Below, in pieces: positions 40,213 through 52,021 of a stretch of DNA of 64,000 bases; position 1 is the stretch's first letter; every line of letters begins with the position of its first letter. Below the pieces are notes generated by a model. It had not been told where the DNA came from. It made no database searches and was given only the letters and a program-made list of their open reading frames with translations. Made by a program: the position numbers and the translations under genes. This stretch comes from an uncultured Actinomycetes bacterium (GTDB lineage Bacteria; Actinomycetota; Thermoleophilia; Gaiellales; Gaiellaceae), in NCBI GenBank assembly GCA_963764565.1, contig CAVXTD010000015.1, positions 2,317 to 66,316 on the forward strand, given 5' to 3'.

Positions 40213-41256
40213 ATGACGGTGAAACGGACATGGGTGCTCGCGCTGGCGGCGGCGGGGCTGGCGGCATTGGCAGCGGGCTGCGGCGGCAGCAAAAAGGCCG
40301 CGCCGACGACGACCGCAACGACCACTCCGCCCGCCTCGTCGCTGAAGATCGGCATGGTCACCGACGTCGGCGGCCTCAACGACCGCGGCTTCAACGCGCT
40401 CGCGTACAAGGGGCTGAAGGATGCGCAGCGGGAGTTCGGCGTCGCGATCCAGGTCGCCGAGTCGAAGTCGTCAGCCGACTACATCCCGAACCTCGCGTCC
40501 TTCGCACGGCGCGGCTTCGATCTCGTCGTCGGGGTCGGCTACACCGAGATCGCCGCGATGAGCGCGGCAGCCAAGCGCTTCCCCGACACGCACTTCGCGA
40601 TCGTCGACGTCTCCAACGCCGACCTCGAAGGTGCGCCGCCGAACGTCCTCGGCCTGCTTTTCCGCGAGGAGCAGGTCGGGTACCTCGCGGGCTATCTCGC
40701 CGGGCTGGAGGCGAAGCGGCTGCCGGGGCCTGACGTGATCAGCTCGGTCGCCGGCGAGAAGCAGCCGCCGGTCGATCGCTTCATCGCCGGATACCAGGCG
40801 GGAGCGAGGGCGGCCGATCCGGGAATCAAGACGCTCAACGCCTACTCGCAGGACTTCAACGACCAGGCGAAGTGCAAGGCGCTCGCGCTGAACCAGATCG
40901 CGGCCGGCTCCATCGCGGTCTTCCAGGTCGCGGGTGGTTGCGGGCTGGGTGCGCTGGATGCGGCGAAGGAGGGCGGCGTTTGGGGGATCGGCGTCGACGC
41001 CGACCAGTCGTTCCTGGGCCCCCACATCCTGACCAGCGCGACGAAGCGCGTCGACCGCGCGGTCTTCCTCGCGATCGCGTCGGTCCGCAACGGGACGTTC
41101 AAGGGCGGCGACTCCAACTACGGCCTGGTGCAGGGCGGCGTCGGGCTCGGCAAGATCAGCCCGAAGGTCCCGCGGAGCGAGGTCGCCGCGGTCGAGAAGA
41201 TCAGACAGCAGATCGTCGCCGGCAAGATCGACATCCCGCGCACCTTTGCCGGTTAA
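40213..41256 (+). CDS. BMP-family (PnrA/Med-like) ABC substrate-binding lipoprotein
   Basis: Lipobox LAALAAGCGGS, then IGMVTDVGGLNDRGFNALAYKGL...GVGY...VAGEKQPPVDRFIAGY...VWGIGVDADQ. No cognate permease or ATPase is adjacent. Confidence 0.85.
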   Translation: MTVKRTWVLALAAAGLAALAAGCGGSKKAAPTTTATTTPPASSLKIGMVTDVGGLNDRGFNALAYKGLKDAQREFGVAIQVAESKSSADYIPNLASFARRGFDLVVGVGYTEIAAMSAAAKRFPDTHFAIVDVSNADLEGAPPNVLGLLFREEQVGYLAGYLAGLEAKRLPGPDVISSVAGEKQPPVDRFIAGYQAGARAADPGIKTLNAYSQDFNDQAKCKALALNQIAAGSIAVFQVAGGCGLGALDAAKEGGVWGIGVDADQSFLGPHILTSATKRVDRAVFLAIASVRNGTFKGGDSNYGLVQGGVGLGKISPKVPRSEVAAVEKIRQQIVAGKIDIPRTFAG

Positions 41257-42599
41257 CCGCCTGCGACAGCCTGGACGATGCGTAGCGTCTCTCCGCCTGC
41301 CAGCGGGCGGGAGACGCCGCCGTCCCAGCGCGCGTCGGTGCCGTCGACGTAGACGTTGACGAGCGGGCGCAACGCACCGTGCTCGTCGAAAAGCAGGTTC
41401 GCGACCGGAAGTGCGCGCAAGGCGTCGCCGACGGTCGCGGCGTCGAGGTCGAAGCGCTTCTGCCCGCCGGCTTCGGTGCGCGAGCAGCGACGGGCAGTAC
41501 CCGACTGGGCGCCTCGGCGCTGGTCATCCCACGGTCGGACGGCTTCGACCGAGAGCACCGGCGGCAGGCCCGCAGCCGCCTCGACCCAGTCGTCGCCCTC
41601 GCTCGGCGAAGCCCACACCGACCCGCTCTGCGTGCCGAAGTAGACGCCTGCCGGGTCGAGCCGGTCGAACGACGACGCCTCGCGCAGGATCACCGCCCAT
41701 GCCTGCTCGGGCAGCCCCTTCGAGGCCAGCTCCCAGCTCGCGCCGCCGTCGCGGGTGCGGTAGACGCCGAGCCGCCCGTTCGAGGTGACGCGGTTCTCGG
41801 CGCCCTCCTCGGGGATCACGTAGGCGGTGTCCGGATCGCGCGGATCGAGCATGATCGGGAAGCCGAACTCGCTCGGGAGGCCGTTGCGGTCGAGCCGTTC
41901 CCAGTTCTCGCCGCGGTCGTCGGAGCGGTAGACGCCGACGTGGTTCTGCTGCCAGAGCCGCTCGGGCCGGGCGGGATGGCAGAGAAGCTTGTGGACACAC
42001 TGGCCGACGTCGCGCGGGGCCTCCTCGGGCATGAAGTCGGCGGCGACGTCCTTGTTGATCGGCGTCCACGTCTCGCCGCCGTCGTCGGTGCGGAACCCGC
42101 CGGCGGCCGAGATGGCGGCGTAGATTCGGTTCGGCTCGCTCGGGTCGAGCGAGATCGAGTGGCAGCACAGGCCGCCGGCGCCAGGGTTCCACCGGTCGCG
42201 GGTGGGGTGCAGGGTCAGGCCCCCGACCATCGAGAAGCTGGCACCCCCGTCGCTCGAGCGCAGCAGCGCGCCCGGGTCGCCGCCGAGCCAGAGCGTCTGC
42301 TCGTCGTGTCCGGGCTCGACGTGCCACGTGCGCGCGAGCTTGAGGCCGGAATCCTCGGGCAGACCGACCTCCTCTGCGCGCTCCCACGTCCTGCCGCCGT
42401 CGGTCGAGCGGTGCACGGTACCGCCGTAGACGAAGTTGTTCGTGGCCGCATACATCGTCCCGTTGCGCGGATCGAGCGTCGCGTGCATCACCTCCCAGCC
42501 GGTGAGGAGCGGCCCTTCGAGCTGCCAGTCGCGGCGGCCCTCGTCGCTCGAGAGAAGGAAGAGGCCCTTCCGGGTCCCGGCCAGAACGAGCACACCCAT
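41253..42599 (-). CDS. BNR/Asp-box beta-propeller (sialidase-like fold) joined in frame to a MoaD/ThiS-like beta-grasp tail ending in GG
   Basis: Five SxDxGxxW Asp boxes ([45 protein letters not shown]). The last 85 aa or so are ...[20 protein letters not shown]...VNVYVDGTD...[16 protein letters not shown] 42599 lies inside track ORF 41253..42812. The join may be an indel artefact (see finding). Confidence 0.7.
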   Translation of the reverse strand: MGVLVLAGTRKGLFLLSSDEGRRDWQLEGPLLTGWEVMHATLDPRNGTMYAATNNFVYGGTVHRSTDGGRTWERAEEVGLPEDSGLKLARTWHVEPGHDEQTLWLGGDPGALLRSSDGGASFSMVGGLTLHPTRDRWNPGAGGLCCHSISLDPSEPNRIYAAISAAGGFRTDDGGETWTPINKDVAADFMPEEAPRDVGQCVHKLLCHPARPERLWQQNHVGVYRSDDRGENWERLDRNGLPSEFGFPIMLDPRDPDTAYVIPEEGAENRVTSNGRLGVYRTRDGGASWELASKGLPEQAWAVILREASSFDRLDPAGVYFGTQSGSVWASPSEGDDWVEAAAGLPPVLSVEAVRPWDDQRRGAQSGTARRCSRTEAGGQKRFDLDAATVGDALRALPVANLLFDEHGALRPLVNVYVDGTDARWDGGVSRPLAGGETLRIVQAVAGG

Positions 42600-42612
42600 G
42601 CCGGGCCGGACT

Positions 42613-43776
42613 CTAGCCGAGTCGAATGACGCCGTCCGCGGCGAGCGCCGCGATCTCGTCCTCGGAGTAGCCGGCCTCGGCGAGCACCTCGGCCGAGTGA
42701 GCCCCGAGCGGCGGCGGGGGCGCCGGGTAAGCAGGCCGCTCGCCGTCGACCGAGAAGGCAGGCCCGAGGGTGGTGAGGTCGCCGAGTTCCTGGACGATCC
42801 CGATCGCGGCAAGCTGAGGATCGGCCGCGACCTCGCCGATGTCGTTGACGGGCGCGGCCGGCACCCGCGCGGCCTCGAGCTTCGCCAGCCACGCGGCGCG
42901 CGTATCCTCGCGCAGGCGGGCCGAGAGCGCCTCCGTCAGCGCAGTGCGATTCGCCACGCGGTCCGGGTTCGTCGCGAAGCGGGGGTCGCCGACGAGCTCG
43001 GGCAGTCCGATCGCGTCCGCGAGCCGCGCGAAGAGCCCGTCGTTCGCGGCCGTGATCATGAGGCCCCCGTCCGAGGCGGGGAACACCTGGTACGGCGCGA
43101 TTGCGTGGAACGCCGTGCCCTGGGGGGTCGGCACGGCGCCCGTCTCGAGATTCCCGATCAGGTGGTACGAGACGAACGAGAGTGCGGTCTCGAACAGCGA
43201 GACGTCGAGCGTGTGCCCGCCCCCTTCATGCAACGCGGCGAGGATCGCGAACGCCGCGTACATACCGGTCGCATGGTCGATCAGCGAAACGCCGATCCGC
43301 ACGCCGTCCCGGCCGGGCTCGCCGGTGACGCTGATCAGCCCCGCCGCCGCCTGGAGCAGCGGGTCGTAGCCCGGAAGCGCCTGCTTCGGCCCCGTACGTC
43401 CGTACGACGAGATCGTGCAGTGAACAAGGCTCGGATTTCGCGCGCGCAGCGGCTCCGCGCCGAGCCCGAGCTCGTCGGCGAGCCCGGGCCGCAGGCTCTG
43501 GATGAAGACGCCCGCGCCGTCGACGAGCCTCACCAGCACCTCGCCGCCGCGCCGCAGGTCGAGTGCGACCGACCGCTTGCCCGAGTTCGCCGCGACGAAC
43601 AGCGTGCCGAGCCCGCCCGCGAACGGCGGTCCCCACAGCCGGGCCTCGTCGCCGGACGGCGGCTCGACCTTGACGACGTCGGCTCCGAGCGAGGCGAGGA
43701 GCTGCGTGCAGGTCGGCCCCGCATACGACGTGGTCACGTCGACCACGCGGACACCGGCGAGGGGCGCGAAGCTCAT
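42613..43776 (-). CDS. Family III CoA-transferase (CaiB/BaiF type)
   Basis: [44 protein letters not shown]... is typical of the family. 387 aa inside track ORF 42613..45021. Confidence 0.85.
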   Translation of the reverse strand: MSFAPLAGVRVVDVTTSYAGPTCTQLLASLGADVVKVEPPSGDEARLWGPPFAGGLGTLFVAANSGKRSVALDLRRGGEVLVRLVDGAGVFIQSLRPGLADELGLGAEPLRARNPSLVHCTISSYGRTGPKQALPGYDPLLQAAAGLISVTGEPGRDGVRIGVSLIDHATGMYAAFAILAALHEGGGHTLDVSLFETALSFVSYHLIGNLETGAVPTPQGTAFHAIAPYQVFPASDGGLMITAANDGLFARLADAIGLPELVGDPRFATNPDRVANRTALTEALSARLREDTRAAWLAKLEAARVPAAPVNDIGEVAADPQLAAIGIVQELGDLTTLGPAFSVDGERPAYPAPPPPLGAHSAEVLAEAGYSEDEIAALAADGVIRLG

Positions 43777-43797
43777 CCCCGCGATTATCGTGGCGGG

Positions 43798-45676
<1,879 letters not shown>

Positions 45677-45680
<4 letters not shown>

Positions 45681-46084
45681 TCCCAGGGGTTAAGGAGGGA
45701 GATTCCGGTTGGCTCGAGCCGCGGAGCCTCCCGCGTGACCAGCGTGAGACCGTGTACGAGCGCGGTCGCTGCGAGCAGCCCGTCGACGGGGGGCAACGGC
45801 TGCAGGGCCGCGAGCCGTCCCCAAGCCTCCGCGATCGCAGTTGTCACCGGCAGGATCCGATCGCCGAATTCCCGTTTCATCGTGTCCAGCCAGCGCTCCA
45901 GTCCAGCCGCCTGGCTCCGGTCGCGACGGCGAAGGCGCTCGATTCCCTGGCGGATCTCGCCGACGACAAGCACGCTCACGTGGAGCTCGCCCGAGGAGAC
46001 CGAATCGCGCCATGAGACCACGGCACGACTCGGGTTGCGCCTTCGGAGTTCGGAGACCACGTTCGTGTCGACGAGGTACGTCAC
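45677..46084 (-). CDS. vapC: PIN-domain toxin VapC
   Basis: MTYLVDTNVVSELRR...GEIRQGIE...LLAATALVHGLTLVTRE carries the acidic PIN residues. The ATG overlaps the antitoxin stop (ATGA). Confidence 0.85.
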
Positions 46085-46338
46085 AGCTCGACCGGGCGAG
46101 CGGGCTCGGTCGAACGCTCGATCTCGAGTTCGTCGAAGTACGGTGGCCCCTCGGTCAGGAACTGCTTGAAATCCCGCCTGGGTTCGCGAAGTCGCCGGTA
46201 CTCGTCGATCCCGACGACGACGACGACCTCGCGGCCGTGCCGGGTGACGACCTGCGGCCCCTCCGCGAGTGCACGGTCGACGAGCTCCGAGAACTTCTGC
46301 TTCGCCGTTTGCAGTTGCCAGGGCGTGGTCATCTCCAT
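46081..46338 (-). CDS. Phd/YefM-type antitoxin
   Basis: MEMTTPWQLQTAKQKFSELVDRALAEGPQVVTRHGREVVVVVGIDEY is typical of the Phd/YefM N-terminus. 85 aa. Confidence 0.8.
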   Translation of the reverse strand: MEMTTPWQLQTAKQKFSELVDRALAEGPQVVTRHGREVVVVVGIDEYRRLREPRRDFKQFLTEGPPYFDELEIERSTEPARPVEL

Positions 46339-46351
46339 CTAGACTGTCTAG
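46339..46351. promoter_or_regulatory. Palindrome CTAGAC-T-GTCTAG abutting the antitoxin start codon (candidate autoregulatory operator), followed by GATCGATC
   Basis: Read directly from the sequence. It lies immediately 5' of ATG 46338 on the gene-sense strand. Confidence 0.4.
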
Positions 46352-46415
46352 ATCGATCGTATCAGCGCGGGTGGGCCGGCGTACCGGGGGCCGTTTCCTG
46401 GGACGACGGCGCCGA

Positions 46416-47488
46416 TCAGATGACGAACGTCTCGGGCCTCTCGAGGCCGCGCGCGAAGCGCGTGACGTCGAACGCGGTGAGATCGAGCGTCGGCTCGAGC
46501 CCGGCGATCAACTCGGCGACGTGCTCGCCCACCGCCGGCGCCTGCTGGAAGCCGTGGCCGGAGAAGCCGGTGGCGTAGAAGAACCCGGCCGGCTCGGTCG
46601 CCTCGCCGACGAGCGCGTTCCAGTCGGGGCTGACCTCGTAGTAGCCCCACCACGACGTCTGCACGGGGAGATCCACGAGCACCGGCAGGCGGCGCGCGGC
46701 GTGCTCCGCCACCTCTTCGACGGTCTGCTCGCGCCCGCCGAAGACGAGCCCGGGGCCCTCGCGGTGGAAGTAGAACGAGGTCGAGAAGTCGATCGTCAAC
46801 GGCAGCCGGTCGGGAAGCCCGCCGTCCTGCGGCGTGAACCACATCCACCGCTTCTCGCCCTCGACCGGCAACTGCACGCCGGCCATAGCAGCGACATCGC
46901 GCGACCACGCCCCGGCACAGCAAACGACCGTGTCGCAGGCAATCGACCCTTTCGAGGTCTCGACGCCGGCCACCCGGCCGCCCCCGACGTCGATCGCGGT
47001 CACCTCGCAGCCCTGGCGCACGTCGAGGTCGCGCGCATACCACTGCACGACCGACTCGGGCGACGCGTGGCCGTCGAGTCCGCAGTAGGTAGCAGCGAGC
47101 AACCCGTCCGGGTCGAGCTGGGGCACGAGTGCGACCGCCTCTTCGACCGTGAGCTCGCGCGACGGACGCCGAGCCGCTGCTGAAGCGCGAGCGCCTTCCG
47201 GAAGTCCGCGACGTCCTCCTCCCGGTCGAGCAGGAACAGGTAACCGTGCCGGCGGAAGTCGATCCCGTCCATCCGCTCGAACTCCTCGAGCGAGCGGAGC
47301 GCGATCCGGATGTTCAGCTCGTCCGAGAACTGCGCGCGAATCCCGCCGGCCGAGCGGCCGGTCGATCCCGCTGCGAGCGAATCGCGCTCCAGCAGAACGA
47401 CGTCCTCGACCCCGAGCCCGCGCAGATGCCAGGCGACGCTCGCGCCCATCGCGCCGCCACCGATCACGACCACGCTCTTCGTTTCCAT
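46416..47488 (-). pseudogene. FAD-dependent oxidoreductase (DAO family: sarcosine/D-amino-acid oxidase-like), frame break near 47165
   Basis: METKSVVVIGGGAMGASVAWHL...GSTGRSAGGIRAQF lies in ORF 47000..47488. ...LDPDGLLAATYCGLDGHASP...CCAGAWS...GFSGHGFQQAP... lies in ORF 46416..47126. Confidence 0.8.
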
Positions 47489-47517
47489 CTGCGCGGCCGC
47501 CAGCTTATGGTAGGCGG

Positions 47518-48228
47518 GTGGCGCTGCTCGAGGTGACGAACATCACGCGCCGCTTCGGCGGGATCGTTGCGCTCGACGACGTCTCCTTCGACGTGGGCGA
47601 GGGCGAGATCGTCGGGCTGATCGGGCCGAACGGGGCCGGCAAGACGACCACGTTCAACGTGATCACGCGTCTGTACAAGCCCGACTCAGGCGAGTTGACC
47701 TTTGAGGGCGAGAGCCTGCTCTCGACGCCGCCGCACGACGTGATCAGGCGCGGAATCACGCGAACGTTCCAGAACCTCGAGCTCTTCAAGACGATGACCG
47801 TCCGTGAAAACGTGCTCGTCGGCTGCCACGCGCGAAGCGGGGAACGCACGGCCGACGAGATGATCGACTACGTCGGTCTCGGCGACGTCGCCGCTCGAAT
47901 CGCCGGCTCGCTTCCCTACGGGACGCTGAAGCGCGTCGAGACCGCCCGCGCTCTCGCCTCCGCGCCGAAGCTGCTGCTCCTCGACGAGCCTGCTGGGGGC
48001 CTATCCCACGAGGAGGTCGAGCAGCTCGGTGCCTTCATCCGGCGGATGCGTGAGGACTTCGACCTGACCATCCTTCTCGTCGAGCATCACATGAACCTGG
48101 TCATGGGTGTCTCAAACCGCGTGCACGTTCTCGACTTCGGCAGGAAGATCGCGGCGGGGACGCCCCAGGAGGTGCAGCGCGACCCCGCGGTGGTCGAGGC
48201 ATATCTCGGCGCCGAAGAGACGGCGTAG
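47518..48228 (+). CDS. ABC ATP-binding protein, LivG-like, orphan (no adjacent permease)
   Basis: VALLEVTNITRRFGGIVALDDVSFDV.EGEIVGLIGPNGAGKTTTFN...LLLLDEPAGGL...DPAVVEAYLG. GTG 47518 is in frame in track ORF 47149..48228. Confidence 0.85.
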   Translation: MALLEVTNITRRFGGIVALDDVSFDVGEGEIVGLIGPNGAGKTTTFNVITRLYKPDSGELTFEGESLLSTPPHDVIRRGITRTFQNLELFKTMTVRENVLVGCHARSGERTADEMIDYVGLGDVAARIAGSLPYGTLKRVETARALASAPKLLLLDEPAGGLSHEEVEQLGAFIRRMREDFDLTILLVEHHMNLVMGVSNRVHVLDFGRKIAAGTPQEVQRDPAVVEAYLGAEETA

Positions 48229-48257
48229 ACCGGCGGGCGCGCGAGCGGCCCGAAAGC

Positions 48258-49202
48258 CTATTGCGCTGATCCGAAGGTCTGCCGGTACGCGCGCGGCGAC
48301 GTGCCCAACCGCGCGGCGAAGTGCGACCGCATCGTCGTCTCGGAGTCGTAGCCTGCCTGCCGGGCGATCGCGGTAAGCGGCTCGTCGCGTGTTTCGAGCA
48401 GCTGCTGGGCGACCCGGAGACGCTCCTGCTGGAGCCACTCGCCCGGCGGCAGACCCGTCGCCCTGCGGAACCGCCGCGTCAGCGTCCGGCGGCTCATCGC
48501 AGCCCGGCGGGCGAGGTCGTCGATCGTGACGCCCGTGGGGACGTGCTCGCGTGCCCAGTCGAGCAACGGCGCCAGGGCTCCGCCTGTTTCCATCGGCTGT
48601 TCAACGTACTGCGCCTGCCCGCCGGCCCGGTAGGGCGGCATGACAATTCGGCGGGCGACGCGGTTGGCGACATGGACGCCGTAGTCGAGCGCGACGATGT
48701 GCAGGCAGAGGTCGATTCCCGCCGCCGTGCCGGCGGAGGTCATGACCTGCTCGTCGGTGACGTACAGGACGTCCGGGTCGAGCTCGACCGTGGGGAAGCG
48801 CTCGCGCAGCCGGTCGGCGAAAAGCCAGTGCGTGGTCGCGCGCCGCCCGTCGAGGAGGCCTGCCGCAGCGAGCACGAACGCGCCCGTGCAGAGAGAGACG
48901 ATGCGCGCACCTCGATCGTGCGCATCCCGCAGCGCGGTGCACAGCTCCTCCGACGGGGGTGCGTCCGGGTCGGACCAGCCGGGCACGACGATTGTGTCTG
49001 CGCGGGCCAGCTCGGGGAGTCCGTGGGGCGCCAGGATGGTGAACCCTGTTTGCGTTCGCACCCTGGCTCTCCCGGCGGCGACGAGCAGAAAGTCGTACCA
49101 GGGGTCGGCGATGTCCCGGCGGTCGACTCCGAACACTTCGCAGGGAATCGCAAGGTCGAAGGTGAGCGCACCCTGGTCGATCACCGCGCGAACGGTCGGC
49201 AT
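48258..49202 (-). CDS. GlxA-family regulator (DJ-1/PfpI-like domain + AraC HTH)
   Basis: ...IVSLCTGAFVLAAAGLLDGRRATTHW... followed by an AraC-type HTH ...TIDDLARRAAMSRRTLTRRFRRATG... Confidence 0.85.
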   Translation of the reverse strand: MPTVRAVIDQGALTFDLAIPCEVFGVDRRDIADPWYDFLLVAAGRARVRTQTGFTILAPHGLPELARADTIVVPGWSDPDAPPSEELCTALRDAHDRGARIVSLCTGAFVLAAAGLLDGRRATTHWLFADRLRERFPTVELDPDVLYVTDEQVMTSAGTAAGIDLCLHIVALDYGVHVANRVARRIVMPPYRAGGQAQYVEQPMETGGALAPLLDWAREHVPTGVTIDDLARRAAMSRRTLTRRFRRATGLPPGEWLQQERLRVAQQLLETRDEPLTAIARQAGYDSETTMRSHFAARLGTSPRAYRQTFGSAQ

Positions 49203-49263
49203 GGCCGAAACCTAGCGATAGTCGTCTCAGAGCCGGCGACCGAAAGCGGCAGAGTTCCCGAGC

Positions 49264-50229
49264 ATGCGCATCCTCGCTGCGCTCGTGACGCTCTCAGCTC
49301 TCGCAGCGTCGGTGGCCGGGGCAGCCGGGTCCGGCCGGCTGCCCGGAGCCACGGCATTCGAGACGTGCGCCGCTGCCGGCCCTTTCTGGCCGACCGAGAC
49401 GCTCGCGATCTCGGGCCCGATCGGCTGGCTCGCCTGCAAGGAGGAGGCGCGGATAGTCAAGCTCGACCTCGCGCGGCGGAAGGCGGTTCGCTCCGTTCGC
49501 ATCGGGGCGCCGGTGATTGCGGTCGCGCTCGGCTACGGGTCGGTCTGGGCTCTCGATTCAAGTGGGACTCTGACGCGGGTCGCGCCGCGGACCGCGCGCA
49601 TCACGCAGCGGGTCGTCCTCGGGACCGGCCGCCCCTACAACATCTGGATCGGCGCCGGCTCTGTGTGGGTCGCCGACGACGGCGCGGGACAGCTCATCCG
49701 GATCTCCGCGGCGACGAACCGCGTGGTCGCGCGGATCACGGTCGGCGACGGGCCGGCCGACCTGGCCTTCGACGGGACCAGCGCATGGGTGGTCAACCAT
49801 CGCGATCGCGGCCTTGTTCGGATCGACACGCGGACGAACGCGCCGACCCGACTGGCGATCCTCGACGCGGAGGTGCCCGAGCGGATCGCCCGCGCCGGCG
49901 GGAGCCTCTGGATCACGGGCCGTGGGACGGATCTCGTCCAGGTTGATCCGGCGACAGGTGCGGTAGAGACCACCGCCGAGATCGGCGCGAGCGGGATCGA
50001 CGTGGTGGCAGCCGGTGGCGCCCTGTGGGTCCCGTCCCGCAGCACGGCAGTTGATCGGTCAGGCCTCCCGACGATGGAGGCGCTGCGCCGTGTGTCCACG
50101 GCCGGCGTCGTCACGACGTTCGCCCGTTCGACCGGCCGGATCGACGTCCACGGTCTCGTCGTTTCCGGGGGCGCCGTGTGGCTCGCGGACAACACCAACG
50201 GCTTCCTGTACCGCGTGCCCGCGGCATGA
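49264..50229 (+). CDS. Secreted beta-propeller repeat protein (YVTN-like), function unknown
   Basis: Signal peptide MRILAALVTLSALAASVAGAAG, then repeated ...GS(V/L)W(V/I)... blades. Confidence 0.65.
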   Translation: MRILAALVTLSALAASVAGAAGSGRLPGATAFETCAAAGPFWPTETLAISGPIGWLACKEEARIVKLDLARRKAVRSVRIGAPVIAVALGYGSVWALDSSGTLTRVAPRTARITQRVVLGTGRPYNIWIGAGSVWVADDGAGQLIRISAATNRVVARITVGDGPADLAFDGTSAWVVNHRDRGLVRIDTRTNAPTRLAILDAEVPERIARAGGSLWITGRGTDLVQVDPATGAVETTAEIGASGIDVVAAGGALWVPSRSTAVDRSGLPTMEALRRVSTAGVVTTFARSTGRIDVHGLVVSGGAVWLADNTNGFLYRVPAA

Positions 50230-50467
50230 CGGAGCGGTTACGCCTGTCAGGCCCGACGAAGCGCGCTCCTCGTCTCGGTACCGGTCGCGCCGGCGGGCGC
50301 CGCAATCTGCTGCCGCGGCCAAGCGTGGGCTGGGCTCGAAGGCGGGCGGGCCGGCGACGTCGGTCGGCCACGGAGAGCGGGGCAGACACCGACGCGGCGT
50401 GCGGTGATGACCTGGAGCGCCGGTCGGGCGGCCACTGGAACATCCTCACCGGGCCGCCGACGATCCG

Positions 50468-51919
50468 TCAGCCCGCTGTTACCTCGGCCGCGGGCTCGGG
50501 TGCGCCGGCGAGCTGCCCTCCGGGGCAGGACTCGGCGCGCACGGCCCTGCTCGAATTCGTGATCCCCGCCAGCCCGGCAATCCCTCCCGCTGCGACGAGT
50601 ACCGCGCAGATGACGACGGCTTCGTGGAACGCGCGGACCGACTCGCCGTTCGCCCCGAACGTGTCGCCCGTCAGCCTGCTCGCGACCACGACGCCGACCA
50701 CCGACACGCCGACGAGTCCGGCGACGCGTGCGACGGCGTTGTTGATCGCGGAGGCAATGCCGGCGTCGGTCTCGTCGGCGTCGGCAAGCACGGCCGCCGT
50801 CAGCGGGGCGACAGTCGCCGACAGGCCGAGTGCGAAGAGGAGCAGCGCGGGCAGCAGGTCGCGCGGGTACGAGGTGTGCATCCCCGTCCTCAGCAGCAGA
50901 AGGATCCCGCCGGCCGCGACGAGCGGGCCGACCCCCATGAAGAGGCGCGGGCCGAACCGGTCGGCGAGCGCGCCGAATCGGCGGGAGAGCACGAACATCA
51001 CCACTGTGACCGGCAGCGTCGTCAGGCCGCTGCGCAGCGCGGTATACCCCGCCACCTGCTGGAGGTAGATGACGAGGAAGAAGAAGAGGATCGCGAGGCC
51101 CGCGTACATGGTCAGGGTCTCGAGGTTCCCGACGGCGAAGTTCCGCCGCGCGAAGAGCTCGATCTTCAGCATCGGCTCCTCCGCCATTCGCTCGTAAGCG
51201 AGGAAGGCGGCGAAGAGGGCGACACCGCCCGCCAGCGGGACGAGGATCGCCGGGCTCGTCCAGCCGAAGCGCGGCTGCTCGATCAACCCGAAGACGAAGC
51301 CGCCGAGACCGAGCACGCAGAGGAGCGCGCCTGTGAGATCGACTCGGCGTGCGGCGGCTCGCGCCGAGGGCGGCACCGCGGCGAGGACGAGTCCGAGGGT
51401 GACGAGGACGAGCGGGACGTTGAGCGCGAAGATCCAGCGCCAAGAGACCTGGTCGACGATCTCGCCGCCGACGAGCGGGCCGACGATCGCGGCGATCCCG
51501 CCCCAGGCAGTCCACGCACCGATCGCGGCCGCCCGCTCCCGCGCCGGGAACGCCATGACGATGATCGCGAGCGAGCTCGGCGTCAGCAGTGCTCCGGCAG
51601 CTCCCTGGAGCGCGCGAGCGGCGATCAGCACCTCGATCGTCGGCGCGAGCGCGCACGCGACCGAGAGAACGCCGAAGGCGGCGACGCCGATCGCGAAGAC
51701 GCGGCGCTCGCCGTAGATGTCCCCGAGCGAGCCGCCGATCAGGATCAGCGAGCCGAGGACGAGCAGGTACGCGTTCGACACCCACTGCTGCGCGGGCAGA
51801 CCGCCTCCGAGGTCGCGCTCGATCGCCGGCAGGGCGACGTTGACGATCGTCCCGTCGATGGTTGCCACCCCGGAGCCGAGAATCGCCGCGACCAGGGTCA
51901 ACCGCTGGCCGCTGCTCAT
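50468..51919 (-). CDS. DHA2-family (EmrB/QacA-like) 14-TM MFS efflux transporter
   Basis: ...LGSGVATIDGTIVNVALPAI...QWVSNAYLL...GSLGDIYGERRVF... Intact 483 aa. Confidence 0.85.
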   Translation of the reverse strand: MSSGQRLTLVAAILGSGVATIDGTIVNVALPAIERDLGGGLPAQQWVSNAYLLVLGSLILIGGSLGDIYGERRVFAIGVAAFGVLSVACALAPTIEVLIAARALQGAAGALLTPSSLAIIVMAFPARERAAAIGAWTAWGGIAAIVGPLVGGEIVDQVSWRWIFALNVPLVLVTLGLVLAAVPPSARAAARRVDLTGALLCVLGLGGFVFGLIEQPRFGWTSPAILVPLAGGVALFAAFLAYERMAEEPMLKIELFARRNFAVGNLETLTMYAGLAILFFFLVIYLQQVAGYTALRSGLTTLPVTVVMFVLSRRFGALADRFGPRLFMGVGPLVAAGGILLLLRTGMHTSYPRDLLPALLLFALGLSATVAPLTAAVLADADETDAGIASAINNAVARVAGLVGVSVVGVVVASRLTGDTFGANGESVRAFHEAVVICAVLVAAGGIAGLAGITNSSRAVRAESCPGGQLAGAPEPAAEVTAG

Positions 51920-52021
51920 AGCGAGCCGGACCGGGCTTGCAGCGGAGGGAGCGGCGCTGTCATCCGGTGAACGGAACGAGGGATCGAGTTGGCCATGCGA
52001 GCCTGGCCCGAGGTAGGCGGG

